A DNA stretch of 36,220 nucleotides from Trueperaceae bacterium (GCA_035703635.1 DASSXV010000072.1:1-36220), one strand, 5' to 3'. Shown: positions 1-9,925, numbered from the stretch's first letter. Numbers and translations: made by a program. The notes: a model not told the origin generated them from the sequence alone.

Positions 1-446
1 AGGCGGTCCGCCACTTCATCCCACAGGGCCGCCTGGCGCAGGCTGCGTTCGGCCGTCTCGGCTAGTTTGCGGCGGTCACGTTGGCCAACGAGCCGCTGGC
101 CCGCGACCACGTTGTCGAATATCGACATGGTAGGGAAGGGCGTTGGCTTCTGAAACACCATGCCGATGCGGCGCCTTACGGTCACCGGGTCGACGCCGGC
201 AGCGTAGATGTCGTCGCCGTCAAGCAACGCCTGCCCCGTTACCTTCACGCCACGCGTGAGGTCGTGCATGCGGTTGAGGGCCCTGAGGAACGTCGTCTTG
301 CCGCAACCGCTCGGACCAATGAGCGCGTTGACTTTGCGGTCCTCGAACGCTAACGAGACGTCCCTGACGCCACGGCCGTTGCCGTAATCGACGGTGAGGT
401 CGTGTGTGCGCATGCGGATGCGAGGGGTGACGGCTGGTTCGGTCAT
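1..446 (-). CDS. pstB: Phosphate ABC transporter ATP-binding protein (5' part, truncated by window edge)
   Basis: Manual translation from ATG 446: [24 protein letters not shown]...[22 protein letters not shown] (Walker A, PstB-typical LNRMHD); abuts pstA stop. Confidence 0.93.
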   Translation of the reverse strand, partial: MTEPAVTPRIRMRTHDLTVDYGNGRGVRDVSLAFEDRKVNALIGPSGCGKTTFLRALNRMHDLTRGVKVTGQALLDGDDIYAAGVDPVTVRRRIGMVFQKPTPFPTMSIFDNVVAGQRLVGQRDRRKLAETAERSLRQAALWDEVADR

Positions 447-1313
447 TCAATGAGCCTTCCGAGTGAGTAGGCGGCCGACGAAGAACACCACTATCACGAG
501 GGCGAGTAGCACGATGCCCGCCGCCCAGCCCATGGCGTGCCACTGCTTGTAGGGGCTGACGGCCAGGGCGTAGAGGCGTTGAGGAAGGGTGTCTGCTGCC
601 TTGGTGAGGTACTCGAGCGGGTTCCAAGGGTCGCGGGGCAGGAAGTTGTTGCCTAACGAAGTGAGGAGGAGAGGCGCCGCCTCGCCAGCTGCGCGCGCGA
701 AGGCGATGAGCACGCCGGTCACCAGACCGGGCCTAGCAACTGGAAGCACCGCCGCCAGGATCACGCGCCAGCGGGGCAGGCCAAGCGCCAACCCGGCCTC
801 GCGGATCGACCACGGCACCAGCGACAACGCGCCCTCCGTTGCGCGAGCGATGATCGGCAGCATGACGACGCCAAGCGCAAGTGCGCCGGCGAAGCCCGAG
901 AACGCGCCAGTCGGCCGCACCACGAGTGTGAAGATCAACAGGCCCTTCAGGATGGCGGGCATGCCGTTCAAGGTGTCGTTCATCACCCGGAGCAGCGGGT
1001 TGAGGGGGTGCTCCTTGTACTCCGCCAGCATCAGTCCGGCGCCAACGCCGACCGGCACAGCCATGAGTAGCGCGGTCAGGTCGATGAAGAAGGTGCCGGC
1101 GATGGCCTGCGCCATGCCGGTGGGTTGACCGAACTGCGCACGCGTCGGGCCGCCGAGGTCCTTCGTGAAGAAGTCGCCGTTCAGCGCGCTTACGCCCTGG
1201 CTAACGACGTACCAGATGACGATGAGTAGGGGGACGAGTACGACCAGGCTGGCCAAGATGATGGGGCCAAGCATGACGCGGTCGCGTCGGTGACGCCGTC
1301 TGAGGCTCGTCAC
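447..1313 (-). CDS. pstA: Phosphate ABC transporter permease PstA
   Basis: Hydrophobic; REAGLALG EAA loop, ARAAGEAAPLL motif; start set at GTG 1313 overlapping pstC stop (GTGA). Confidence 0.92.
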   Translation of the reverse strand: MTSLRRRHRRDRVMLGPIILASLVVLVPLLIVIWYVVSQGVSALNGDFFTKDLGGPTRAQFGQPTGMAQAIAGTFFIDLTALLMAVPVGVGAGLMLAEYKEHPLNPLLRVMNDTLNGMPAILKGLLIFTLVVRPTGAFSGFAGALALGVVMLPIIARATEGALSLVPWSIREAGLALGLPRWRVILAAVLPVARPGLVTGVLIAFARAAGEAAPLLLTSLGNNFLPRDPWNPLEYLTKAADTLPQRLYALAVSPYKQWHAMGWAAGIVLLALVIVVFFVGRLLTRKAH

Positions 1314-2260
1314 GACCCCTCGTTCCCAGGCACGAGGCGCCGTTGGACCCAAGCCGCGGCCAAGTTGACGATCAGGGAGATGATGAACAAGAAGAAGCCA
1401 ACGGCCAAGAGGCTGTTGAGGTGCAAGTTATCGACAGCCTCCCTGAACTCGTTGACGATGATCGACGGCATGGTAGAGGCCGGCCCGAACAGCGTGAGGG
1501 GCAGGCGCACCGAGTTGCCGATGAGCATGGCAACGGCGATCGTCTCTCCAAGGGCGCGCCCGAACGACAAGACGGCTCCGGCCGTTATGCCGCCGCGCGC
1601 GTAGGGCAGCACTGCCACCCACAGCACCTCCCAACGTGTGGCACCGAGTCCCCAAGCGGCCTCGCGTTGCTCGCTTGGTACCAGCCGTATGGCGTCGCGG
1701 GCGAGCGCCGTCGTGTAGGGCACGATCATGAGGGCGAGGACCAGCGTGGCCGTGATCAGCCCGTACCCCGTTGGGTTTCCCAGCCAAGCGGCTTGCCCTG
1801 GCGCGTTCTCAGTTGCCCATAGGTAGATGGGACGGTAGACGTTGTCCCGCAGGGCGGGGGCGAGGACGAGGATGCCCCAGATGCCAAATACGACGCTTGG
1901 TATGGCCGCCAGTAGGTCGACGACGTAATCGATGCCCGTCGCTAACCACCGAGGGGCGTACTCGGCGCTCAGGATGGCAAGCCCGATGGCGGGTAGGAAC
2001 GAGAGGAGTAGTGCCGCGCTGCTCGTGATGAGCGTGCCGAGTATGACGGGCCAAGCGCCGAACACGCCGCTCACCGGGTCCCACTTGGTTCCGGTCAGGA
2101 AGCCGAAGAGACCGAAACGACTGAGTGGGTCGGCTGCTTCCTTGCCTAGCGTCCAGGCCATGAGGACCCCGAGGCCAACCACGACCAAGCCCAAGACGGT
2201 GAGTAGCGTGAGGAAGGCGGTGTCGCCGAAGCGACTGCCCTTGTTGGCTAGACTGCGCAA
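1310..2260 (-). CDS. pstC: Phosphate ABC transporter permease PstC
   Basis: LAAIPSVVFGIWG, GRALGETIAV motifs; AAGGAG RBS upstream of TTG. Confidence 0.93.
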   Translation of the reverse strand: MRSLANKGSRFGDTAFLTLLTVLGLVVVGLGVLMAWTLGKEAADPLSRFGLFGFLTGTKWDPVSGVFGAWPVILGTLITSSAALLLSFLPAIGLAILSAEYAPRWLATGIDYVVDLLAAIPSVVFGIWGILVLAPALRDNVYRPIYLWATENAPGQAAWLGNPTGYGLITATLVLALMIVPYTTALARDAIRLVPSEQREAAWGLGATRWEVLWVAVLPYARGGITAGAVLSFGRALGETIAVAMLIGNSVRLPLTLFGPASTMPSIIVNEFREAVDNLHLNSLLAVGFFLFIISLIVNLAAAWVQRRLVPGNEGS

Positions 2261-2282
2261 CTACTGCTCCTTATGCGTTCAG

Positions 2283-2321
2283 GCGGTGGCGAAATCCGGT
2301 CGTCCCGGACTTCGCCACCGC
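2283..2321. other. Intercistronic stem-loop between pstS and pstC
   Basis: gcggtggcgaa-a-tccgg / ccgga-c-ttcgccaccgc inverted repeat; typical of ABC operons that stabilise the binding-protein mRNA. Confidence 0.65.
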
Positions 2322-2348
2322 GCCGAACTCGAAACGGTGCTTAAGCGG

Positions 2349-3440
2349 TTAGCGGAGGCCTTCGACGATGGCCGCGCCGATGTTCTCGCCCTGCCACTTG
2401 ACTTGGGCTAGGCGGTCCAGGTTGCTGTCGACCGCGGCCTTCGGTAGTGGCGCGAAGTCAAGCAGGGGGCTGAACTCTTGGCCTGCCGTCGTCATCCAGG
2501 CGAGGAAGCGCACGGCTTCTTCGGCCTGAGCGCGGCTGGTGAACGCCTTGTTGGCGTCCGCGTTCTCGTAGAAGAGCGCCCACGTGAAGCCCGAGATCGG
2601 GTAGCCCTCAGGGTGGGCGGTGTTGACGATCAGGACGCGGGTGTCCTCTGGGAGCGGAACGTCGCCTGCTGCCGAGGTGGCCTCGAGGCTCGGGGCGATG
2701 ACGTTGCCTGCCGCGTTGAGCATGTAGCCGTAGCTGATGTCGTTGAGAGTGGCGTAGACGAGGCTGTTGTAGCCGATGGTGCCTGGAGTGTTGTTGATCA
2801 GGCCAGCCACTCCTTCATTGCCGCTTGCGCCAACGCCGGTGGGCCACGCGACGGCCGTGCCAGCACCGACCTTGCTAGCCCATGTCGGCGAGACTGCGGA
2901 GAGGTAGCTCGTGAAGATGTTCGTGGTGCCCGAGCCATCCGCGCGGTGCACGACGTTGATGAGCATGTGCGGCAGTTCGGCTCCCGGGTTGAGGGCTGCC
3001 AGGGCGGCGTCGTCCCAGGTGAGGATCTCGCCGGAGAAGATACCGGCCAAGACTTCGCCGTCGAAGATCAGCCCGGTCTCGAGGCCAGGAACGTTGAAGG
3101 TGATGACGACATCGGCAAGCGTGACGGGCAGGTTGTACGCCTCGCCGCCACTGCCTGCGCGTGCCGCAGCGAGCTGTTCGTCGTTCAGGAACGCTTCCGT
3201 TGCGCCGAAGTGGACGGTCTGGTCGATGAAGTTGCGGATGCCGCCACCAGAGCCGATCGACTGGTAGTTGACGAGGACGGCGCCGTTCGTAGCGTCACGG
3301 TAGAGGTCGGCCCACGAGGCGATGAGCGGCGCGGGGAACGAGGCGCCAGCGCCAGTGATGTCGACGCTGGTCTGCGCTGCGCCGATGCTTCCGACTGCCA
3401 GGCAGGCGGCTAGGACGAACGAAGCGAGGTTCTTGGTCAT
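2349..3440 (-). CDS. pstS: Phosphate-binding protein PstS
   Basis: GAGASFPAP, NYQSIGSGGG, HRADGSGTT, YPISGFTW motifs; signal peptide after ATG 3440 with GGAAGGA RBS. Confidence 0.95.
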   Translation of the reverse strand: MTKNLASFVLAACLAVGSIGAAQTSVDITGAGASFPAPLIASWADLYRDATNGAVLVNYQSIGSGGGIRNFIDQTVHFGATEAFLNDEQLAAARAGSGGEAYNLPVTLADVVITFNVPGLETGLIFDGEVLAGIFSGEILTWDDAALAALNPGAELPHMLINVVHRADGSGTTNIFTSYLSAVSPTWASKVGAGTAVAWPTGVGASGNEGVAGLINNTPGTIGYNSLVYATLNDISYGYMLNAAGNVIAPSLEATSAAGDVPLPEDTRVLIVNTAHPEGYPISGFTWALFYENADANKAFTSRAQAEEAVRFLAWMTTAGQEFSPLLDFAPLPKAAVDSNLDRLAQVKWQGENIGAAIVEGLR

Positions 3441-3515
3441 GTGAGGTTCCTTCCGAAGCTGCCGACCTGCCGCATGGTGGCGGGTGGGCGAGGGCGGGCT
3501 TGCTGCCCGCTTTCG

Positions 3516-3547
3516 AATGTAGAACCGCAGTGTCAGTTGCCTGTCAG
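3516..3547 (-). promoter_or_regulatory. pstS promoter: -10 TACATT and Pho-box-like TGTCAG direct repeat
   Basis: TGTCAG at 3531-3536 and 3542-3547 (11-bp period); minus-strand TACATT at 3516-3521. Confidence 0.5.
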
Positions 3548-3580
3548 CCGCGTTGGACGGCCCTGAACTATGCTGCGCCC

Positions 3581-5023
3581 ATGCCAGATGACGCCCTAGA
3601 CCTGAAATCACTTGCGCTCGAGCATTCCAGTTGCAACTTCAGTAGGAGCGGCATGGTCGCCGTTGCTCGCGGTGGCCGCATTGTGCAGTTCGAACAGTGG
3701 GGGCCGGACGGTTACGCTCCCGGCTCACAGTTCCGCGTTGCGTCCTGCACCAAGAGCTTCACGGCGCTGGCGCTGCTCGTCTTGCGCCGCGCAGGCAAGT
3801 TGAACCTCGACGATGAGGTGTCACGGCACCTGCCGGAACTCAAGGTCGTTGCGCTGGAGGGCTGGCCCGCGTTGCGAGTCAGGCACCTGTTGAGCATGTC
3901 TGGTGGTCTGGCGACCGATAACCCCTGGGGTGATAGGCAGGAGTCGATCAGCCGGCAGCAACTGGGTGCCTGGTTGCAGGCCGGGCTACGGTTGATATTC
4001 GCGCCAGGCAGCGCATATGAGTACTCGAACCTTGGCTACGCCATACTTGGCGAGCTGATAACGCGCGTGAGCGGCCAGGATTACCGCCAGTTCGTCAAGG
4101 CGCAGATTTTAGAACCGATGGGCATGTCCGACACGCGCTTCGTTGACTCCGAGCTAGACCGCGTAGTGCCTAGCTACCACCGCGAGCCGTTCCTCCCTGG
4201 ACAGGGGGGCGGCTGGACCCCGCATGCGCAGTCGGGGCCAGGCGCCTTCTCGCCGATCGGTGGGCTCTACTCGAGCGCGCTGGACCTGGCGACGTGGGCG
4301 AACACCTACCTCGAGATGCGAGTGCCGACCGGAGTGGGTTTCACGGCGGCCGACCTCCTTGAGGCGCAACAGCCACTCACGGAGCTGGGGAGCTCGAGGG
4401 CCGAAGCGCCGCTTCACGGGCTGGTAACGACGGGCTACGGCTACGGCCTCAAGGTCGAAGAGTACGCCCAGCACGGCAAGCTCGTGTCGCATGCTGGCGG
4501 TTACCCCGGCTTCACGGCGTACATGTGTTGGCATGAACGCTCCGGTTACGCGGTCTTCGCTTCTGACAACGGTACCCACTCCGCCGCGCCGCAGCTGGCG
4601 CGTAAGGCCATGTTGCAACTGATCGCGGCGCACCGTGAACCCAAGAAGGCGCTCGCGCCCTGGCCGGAAACCACGGCCGCCGTGGCGACCCTCAACGAGT
4701 TCGTCAGGGCGGTGGCGGCTGGCGGCGCGGAATGGCAAGCGCCGAGGTTCGCTGGGCTGTTCGCGGAGAACGTCGAGCTGGACTTCCCGTTGGCGCGCCG
4801 CGTGGCGTACCTCAGGCAGGCGCTGGTCGGCGTTGGCCAACTGCGGCCGCTCGCCGCAGCTGTTGCCCCGAGCTGCGACCGGCCGTGCCGCGCGGCTTGG
4901 AACCTACCGGCTGAGTTCGGGCGCCTCGAGCTGTTCGTGGAAGTCATGCCGGTGGCGCCGTACGCCCTCCAGACCTTCAGCGTCACAGCCGTCGACGGCG
5001 GCGGGCGCGTGAAGCTGTTCTGA
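3581..5023 (+). CDS. Serine hydrolase, beta-lactamase class C / penicillin-binding protein family
   Basis: SCTK (SxxK), YSN, HAGG motifs; start set at ATG 3581, 6 nt after TATGCT (-10). Confidence 0.85.
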   Translation: MPDDALDLKSLALEHSSCNFSRSGMVAVARGGRIVQFEQWGPDGYAPGSQFRVASCTKSFTALALLVLRRAGKLNLDDEVSRHLPELKVVALEGWPALRVRHLLSMSGGLATDNPWGDRQESISRQQLGAWLQAGLRLIFAPGSAYEYSNLGYAILGELITRVSGQDYRQFVKAQILEPMGMSDTRFVDSELDRVVPSYHREPFLPGQGGGWTPHAQSGPGAFSPIGGLYSSALDLATWANTYLEMRVPTGVGFTAADLLEAQQPLTELGSSRAEAPLHGLVTTGYGYGLKVEEYAQHGKLVSHAGGYPGFTAYMCWHERSGYAVFASDNGTHSAAPQLARKAMLQLIAAHREPKKALAPWPETTAAVATLNEFVRAVAAGGAEWQAPRFAGLFAENVELDFPLARRVAYLRQALVGVGQLRPLAAAVAPSCDRPCRAAWNLPAEFGRLELFVEVMPVAPYALQTFSVTAVDGGGRVKLF

Positions 5024-5125
5024 GGGTTCGTCGCCTCCGCGGGCCCAAAAAGGGCCTTCTAGCGCGCTGGCGGCTCGTTGGGTGCGTGACGCTGCGCCCT
5101 ACCTCGTGCATCGCGCATGCCGTCC

Positions 5126-6289
5126 TCAGTCGTAGCTGATGGTGACGCGGTTGCCGCTTGCCGCAGAGGTGAGGGCCGCGTCGAGCACCTGCGTCTCGCG
5201 CAGGCCGTCCTCGAAGTCAGGTCGGATGCGCTCACGGCGAACCACCGCGTTGACGAAGTCAGCAACGGCGTGATGGAACGAGTGCTCGTAACCGATGAGG
5301 TGCCCCGGCGGCCACCACGCGTTCATGTACGGGTGGTTGGGTTCGGTAACGATGATCGTTCGGAAGCCCTGGGCGTGACTAGGGTCGTGGCGCGAGAAGA
5401 CCTGCAGCTCGTTCATGCGCTCCAGGTCGAAGACGATGCTGCCGTCAGAGCCGTAGATCTCGAAGGTGTTGTGGTTCTTACGCCCTGGTGCGAAGCGCGA
5501 GACGTCGAACGAGCCAAGCGCGCCGTTGTCGAACGTTGCGACCAAGAAGGTAGCGTCGTCTACCGTGACTTCGCCAAGCTCGCCTCTACCACCTGAACCC
5601 GCAGAGAAGGTGGCCGCGCCAGCGCCGGGCAGGGGCCGCTCCTTGACGAAAGTGGTGCTGGTGGCGCTAACGGTCCTCACTTCGCCAACCAGGTAGCGCG
5701 CCAAGTCGATCAGGTGGCTGTTCAGGTCGTGGTGAGGCCCCGAGCCAGCGCGTTCTTTGCGTAAGTGCCAGGTTAGGGGGAACGAGGGGTCCACTATCCA
5801 GTCCTGAAGGTAGGCGCTGCGCCAATGATAGATGGTCCCTACGAAGCCCTCGTCGATCAGCTGCTTGGCGAGCGCCACGGCTGGCACGCGCCGGTAGTTG
5901 TGGTTCAGATAGTGTGTAACGCCCGCGGCCTTGGCGGCCTCGAGCATCGCCCGCGCTTGAGTGCTGTCCAGCGCGAGGGGCTTCTCGCAGAAGATGTGCT
6001 TGCCGTTCTCCGCCGCGCGGATGGCGATCTCGGCGTGGAGGTCCGGTGGGGTGCAGATGTCTACGACGTCGATGTCAGGGCGTGCGACCGCGGCGCGCCA
6101 GTCAGAGGTCGTCTCCTCCCAACCCCAGCCGGAAGCGAAGTGCTTCAGAGACTCCTGATCTCGCCCGCAGGCGAGTTTCATGACGGGGGTAGTCGGCAGG
6201 TCGAAGAACCGGCCGGCGTTGCGCCACGCGTTTGAATGGGCCTTGCCCATGAAGTTGTGGCCGATGATGGCGACGTTGAGGGTGCTCAC
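5126..6289 (-). CDS. Gfo/Idh/MocA family oxidoreductase
   Basis: N-terminal Rossmann-like VAIIG, GKHIFCEKP, DLNSHLID, WWPPGHLIGYEH. Confidence 0.9.
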   Translation of the reverse strand: MSTLNVAIIGHNFMGKAHSNAWRNAGRFFDLPTTPVMKLACGRDQESLKHFASGWGWEETTSDWRAAVARPDIDVVDICTPPDLHAEIAIRAAENGKHIFCEKPLALDSTQARAMLEAAKAAGVTHYLNHNYRRVPAVALAKQLIDEGFVGTIYHWRSAYLQDWIVDPSFPLTWHLRKERAGSGPHHDLNSHLIDLARYLVGEVRTVSATSTTFVKERPLPGAGAATFSAGSGGRGELGEVTVDDATFLVATFDNGALGSFDVSRFAPGRKNHNTFEIYGSDGSIVFDLERMNELQVFSRHDPSHAQGFRTIIVTEPNHPYMNAWWPPGHLIGYEHSFHHAVADFVNAVVRRERIRPDFEDGLRETQVLDAALTSAASGNRVTISYD

Positions 6290-6472
6290 GCTCGCTGCTC
6301 CTTCTCATTCAACGCAAGTTGGTGGCGGTGCGCTCGAGGCTGGTTACGCTTCTCCGCAAGGACGAGGCGACTTAGGTGGGCTCATGGTAGAACCCGCCGG
6401 CTGTTACTACAAGCTTGGCCTTGCCGAGGTCGTCGGGAGCCAATCGGGTTCAGGCCGGCGCCCGGGCAACAG

Positions 6473-7726
6473 TCAACCCGATCGGGCCGCTTCAGTTCGC
6501 GAGGGCTGCGCAGCTCCTTGCCCCGCAGTACCCAGCTTGGAGGTGAAGCTGTCAGCCACGCGATTAGCCCCCATCGCCAGCAGCACCGCACGGGGCCTGA
6601 GCATTCCGAGCAGCCGACCATCGTCACCGACGACGGCGGCAGGCAACTGGCTGTCGCCTAGCGGCTCCATGGCGTCCTCGAGGAGCATGTCCGCGGCCAG
6701 CGTCAACGCTTCCTCGCGCAACAGTTCAGCTACCGGGCGCTCCGGGTTCTGCCCGGCATCGTGGAACGAGACGGTGCCTTGGTAGCGGCCGCGGGCGTCC
6801 TGTACGAAAGCGGCGAGGCCGTTGCTGGCGAGCAGCCGGTTGGTTACGTCGGATCCGCGCTGCGCCAAAGAGACGGTTACCGCGTCCTCCATGATGTGCC
6901 TGACGCGCAGCACGCGCGCGCGGTTCACGTGCTCGACGAACGCGCGGACGTAGTCCGTTGCCGGGCTCAGGACTATCCCGGCCGGAGTGCTCACCTGCAC
7001 GAGGCGGCCATGATTGAGGATCGCAACGCGGTCACCGAGGCGCAGGGCCTCGTCAAGGTCGTGAGTGATGAAGACGATGGTCTTCCTGAGGTCCCGCTGG
7101 ATGCGCATGAGCTCGTCTTGCATCTCGCGGCGAATCAGCGGGTCGAGTGCGCTGAACGCTTCGTCCATGAGGAGCACGTCCGGGTCGGTGGCCAGGGCGC
7201 GGGCGAGTCCGACACGCTGCTGCATGCCGCCAGATAGCGCCTGTGGCCTGGAGTGCTCATAACCGGAGAGACCAACGACTTCGATCCAATGCCCGGCCCG
7301 CTCGAGGCGTTCCTCCTTGCCCACGTTCCGGACGCGCAGTCCGAAGGCGACGTTCTCGAGCACCGTGCGGTGGGGCAGCAGTCCGAAGCGCTGGAAGACC
7401 ATCCCGAAACGCCGCCGCCTGGCGTCACGCAGCCCGTGAGCGTCGAGCGCGAGCACGTCGACGTCGCCGACGGAGATGCTGCCTGCCGTTGGCTCTATCA
7501 AACGGTTGAGGCAGCGTACGAGCGTCGACTTGCCGCTGCCTGACAGCCCCATGACGACGAAGGTCTCGCCGCGTTCGATGTCTAGGGAGATGTCGTACAG
7601 CCCGACGGTGTGGCCGGTCTGCTGGAGGACTTCCTCCTTGCTGCGCTCTTCGCTGAGTTGAGGCAGGATGCTCGCGGCTTGCGGGCCGAAGACCTTGCTG
7701 AGGTTGCGGATCTCTATGAACGCCAT
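6473..7726 (-). CDS. proV: Glycine betaine/proline ABC transporter ATPase with C-terminal CBS domains
   Basis: GLSGSGKST, LSGGMQQRVGLARAL, LLMDEAFSALDPLIR. Confidence 0.92.
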   Translation of the reverse strand: MAFIEIRNLSKVFGPQAASILPQLSEERSKEEVLQQTGHTVGLYDISLDIERGETFVVMGLSGSGKSTLVRCLNRLIEPTAGSISVGDVDVLALDAHGLRDARRRRFGMVFQRFGLLPHRTVLENVAFGLRVRNVGKEERLERAGHWIEVVGLSGYEHSRPQALSGGMQQRVGLARALATDPDVLLMDEAFSALDPLIRREMQDELMRIQRDLRKTIVFITHDLDEALRLGDRVAILNHGRLVQVSTPAGIVLSPATDYVRAFVEHVNRARVLRVRHIMEDAVTVSLAQRGSDVTNRLLASNGLAAFVQDARGRYQGTVSFHDAGQNPERPVAELLREEALTLAADMLLEDAMEPLGDSQLPAAVVGDDGRLLGMLRPRAVLLAMGANRVADSFTSKLGTAGQGAAQPSRTEAARSG

Positions 7727-7727
7727 G

Positions 7728-8609
7728 TCAGCCCGCTCTCTCGCCCGTTTCCATGCGCTTGCCGTAGCCGGCCGTCACGCGGTCCATGATGATCGCGAGG
7801 ATGACGATCGCGAGGCCTGCCTCCAACCCGAGGCCGACGTCGCCTCGCTGCAGGCTGCGCAGGACCTCTTGACCGAGCCCGCGGGCGCCGATCATCGAAG
7901 CCACCACGACCATGGCTAGCGCCATCATGATCGTCTGGTTTATGCCGGCCATGATGGTGGGAACCGCGAGCGGCACGCGCACCCACCACAGGAGTTGCCG
8001 CTCGGACGCCCCGAAGGAGTCTGCGGCCTCGACGACTTCTTCGTCGACGAGGCGCAGGCCGAGGTCAGTCAAGCGTATGACGGGCGGTGCGGCATAGATG
8101 AAGGTGGCGAAGATCGCGGCCACGTTGCCGAGGCCGAAGAACATGACCACCGGCACGAGGTAAACGAAGCTTGGCATGGTCTGCATGGCGTCTAGCACGG
8201 GCTGGACCCAGCGTTTGAGCCGGTCGCTGCGCGCCAACGCTATGCCGATGGGAATGCCGATCAGCACGGTCGCCGAGGTAGCGACCACCATGATGGCGAG
8301 CGTGGTCACGAGCTGCGGCCACAGGCCGAACGCGCCGACGAGCACCAGAAGTCCAGCTAGCAGGGCCGCCGGTGCGACGCGCTTGCCGCTGGCGTGCCAC
8401 ACGAGCAGGCCGACGAGAATCACTACCGACCACCACGGTAGCCAGTTGAGGAAACGTTCGACTTGCACGAGCACGAAGAGGAGGCTGTCCGTGATGCCGC
8501 GGAAGAAGTCGCCGTAATTCGCGACGAGCCAGTTGACGAATGAGTTCGTCCACTTCCTCAGCGGGACGCGCCAGCCGTCCGGAAAACTGCCTGTTAGTAG
8601 GTTTCCCAT
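7728..8609 (-). CDS. proW: Glycine betaine/proline ABC transporter permease
   Basis: LDAMQTMPSFVYLVP, AGINQTIMMALAMVV motifs. Confidence 0.92.
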   Translation of the reverse strand: MGNLLTGSFPDGWRVPLRKWTNSFVNWLVANYGDFFRGITDSLLFVLVQVERFLNWLPWWSVVILVGLLVWHASGKRVAPAALLAGLLVLVGAFGLWPQLVTTLAIMVVATSATVLIGIPIGIALARSDRLKRWVQPVLDAMQTMPSFVYLVPVVMFFGLGNVAAIFATFIYAAPPVIRLTDLGLRLVDEEVVEAADSFGASERQLLWWVRVPLAVPTIMAGINQTIMMALAMVVVASMIGARGLGQEVLRSLQRGDVGLGLEAGLAIVILAIIMDRVTAGYGKRMETGERAG

Positions 8610-8619
8610 CGCTCAGGGC

Positions 8620-9696
8620 CTACTTCAGCGCGGTCTTCACGCGCTCTGCAACGGCCGGGTCCAGCCCAGCGGTTTCGAGCCAGCCAGTCCACTCGTCTGG
8701 TGCGGTTTGGAGGAAGTGCAGGGCGGCTTCTTTCGGGGTGGCGTCCGTCTCCTGCATATGAGCGAGGACCTTGTTGATCATGGCGGATGGCGTGTCGATG
8801 GCGTTGAGGAAGGCGACCACCTCGGCGGGGACTTCGTCCTTGAAGCTCTTCCCGAGGGCGATCACGGCGGTGGAAGCCGGGTAGCTGCAGGCCTCGGTGG
8901 CATCCTGCGGAGTCTGGACGTTAGCTTCGATCTCGGCCCAGCAGGCGTCGGTGTAAGGAGGTTCCTCGAGGCGGATCATGTCCAGCTTGCCGAGGACCCA
9001 GGTAGGGCTCCAGTAGTACCCGAGCCAAGCGTCGCCGCGAAGGTAGGCGCTCTCCATCGAGGCCGCCAGGGCGATGGCCGTTCCGGGGAGGAAGTTCGTG
9101 AAGCCGTCGGAGAGCCCGTAGGCGGCGAGCTTGACGTTGTTCAGCTCCTCGCAGCGCCAACCGATGATGCAGTTATAGAAGCGGCCCTTGTTTGGCTGTT
9201 CCGGGTCGCGGAAAAGGCTCGCGTACTTGGGTAGGTCGGCAACGCTCCTTAGGTCTGGAGCCGTGGCTGCTATGCCGCGGTCGGCGTCACCCTCCACCAT
9301 GTAGCGCGGGACGTAGAAGCCCTGGATGGCGTCATCGAACACCGCATCCAGCTCGAGAACGTCACCAGCGGCAACGGCCGGCGCCCAGAAGTCGGGAACG
9401 TTGTCAAGCCAGACTTCCATCACGACGTCGATGTCGCCGCGAACGGCGCCGCGGTACATGGGGACGGTAGACCCTGGGATCGAATCCGTTGCGCAGCCGA
9501 AACCCTCCTCGAGAACGAAGCGAGCGATGTTGTTCAGGACCTGAGCGCTGTCCCAGTCGAGTTCGGCGAAGACTATGGGCTTGTCGTAACCGCCGCAGGT
9601 AGCTTCCTGGGCGCTGGCGAAGCTTCCGATGAACAGCGTTAGGGCGAGGAGGCCCGCGACGAGCGGGCGCGTGAACGACTTGGCGTCGTGTGGCAT
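8620..9696 (-). CDS. proX: Betaine/histidine-type ABC transporter substrate-binding protein (ProX family)
   Basis: Signal peptide, LDWDSA, CIIGWRC, GYYWSPT; ATG 9696 with GAAAGGA RBS. Confidence 0.82.
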   Translation of the reverse strand: MPHDAKSFTRPLVAGLLALTLFIGSFASAQEATCGGYDKPIVFAELDWDSAQVLNNIARFVLEEGFGCATDSIPGSTVPMYRGAVRGDIDVVMEVWLDNVPDFWAPAVAAGDVLELDAVFDDAIQGFYVPRYMVEGDADRGIAATAPDLRSVADLPKYASLFRDPEQPNKGRFYNCIIGWRCEELNNVKLAAYGLSDGFTNFLPGTAIALAASMESAYLRGDAWLGYYWSPTWVLGKLDMIRLEEPPYTDACWAEIEANVQTPQDATEACSYPASTAVIALGKSFKDEVPAEVVAFLNAIDTPSAMINKVLAHMQETDATPKEAALHFLQTAPDEWTGWLETAGLDPAVAERVKTALK

Positions 9697-9740
9697 GAGT
9701 GATCCTTTCAGAACTGACAAGGACGGTACACGCGAGAACG

Positions 9741-9925
9741 TGCGTCTAGGGGTGCCGATCCCGGACCCGCTCGACGTTAGTTGCTTCGTTAACTGGCGAC
9801 CTCAGGCACGTCGAAATCGGGAGTCGGGAGACTCGGGACGGCGGTCGCCGGGAAGCGTTCGGCACGTAATGGACAGCGAATATTGACGCAGGGTGCACCG
9901 AAACGTTGGGGCGGGCGCGACTCTA
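9741..9925 (-). promoter_or_regulatory. Long structured 5' leader of the proXWV operon (candidate cis-regulatory RNA)
   Basis: Nested inverted repeats tgcgtc/gacgca, gtgccga/tcggcac, tcccgg/ccggga, tcgacgt/acgtcga; minus-strand TAGAGT -10 at 9920-9925. Confidence 0.4.

Noticed and set aside
2478-3413. Long antisense ORFs (also 28305-29363, 29567-30607, 34322-35188, 17917-18603)
   Set aside because: Shadows of well-supported genes on the other strand, expected in high-GC DNA with few stop codons; no recognisable motifs.
5041-5057. Terminator between the hydrolase and oxidoreductase genes
   Set aside because: Stem is only 5-6 bp with no clear U tract; too weak to call.
9741-9890. c-di-AMP (ydaO) or guanidine riboswitch call for the proX leader
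   Set aside because: Only a vague CAACTAAC resemblance; the GGAACC/GGGG-GAATC elements I would expect are not visible, and the CTAGGG-like word is on the wrong strand. Left as an unclassified candidate.
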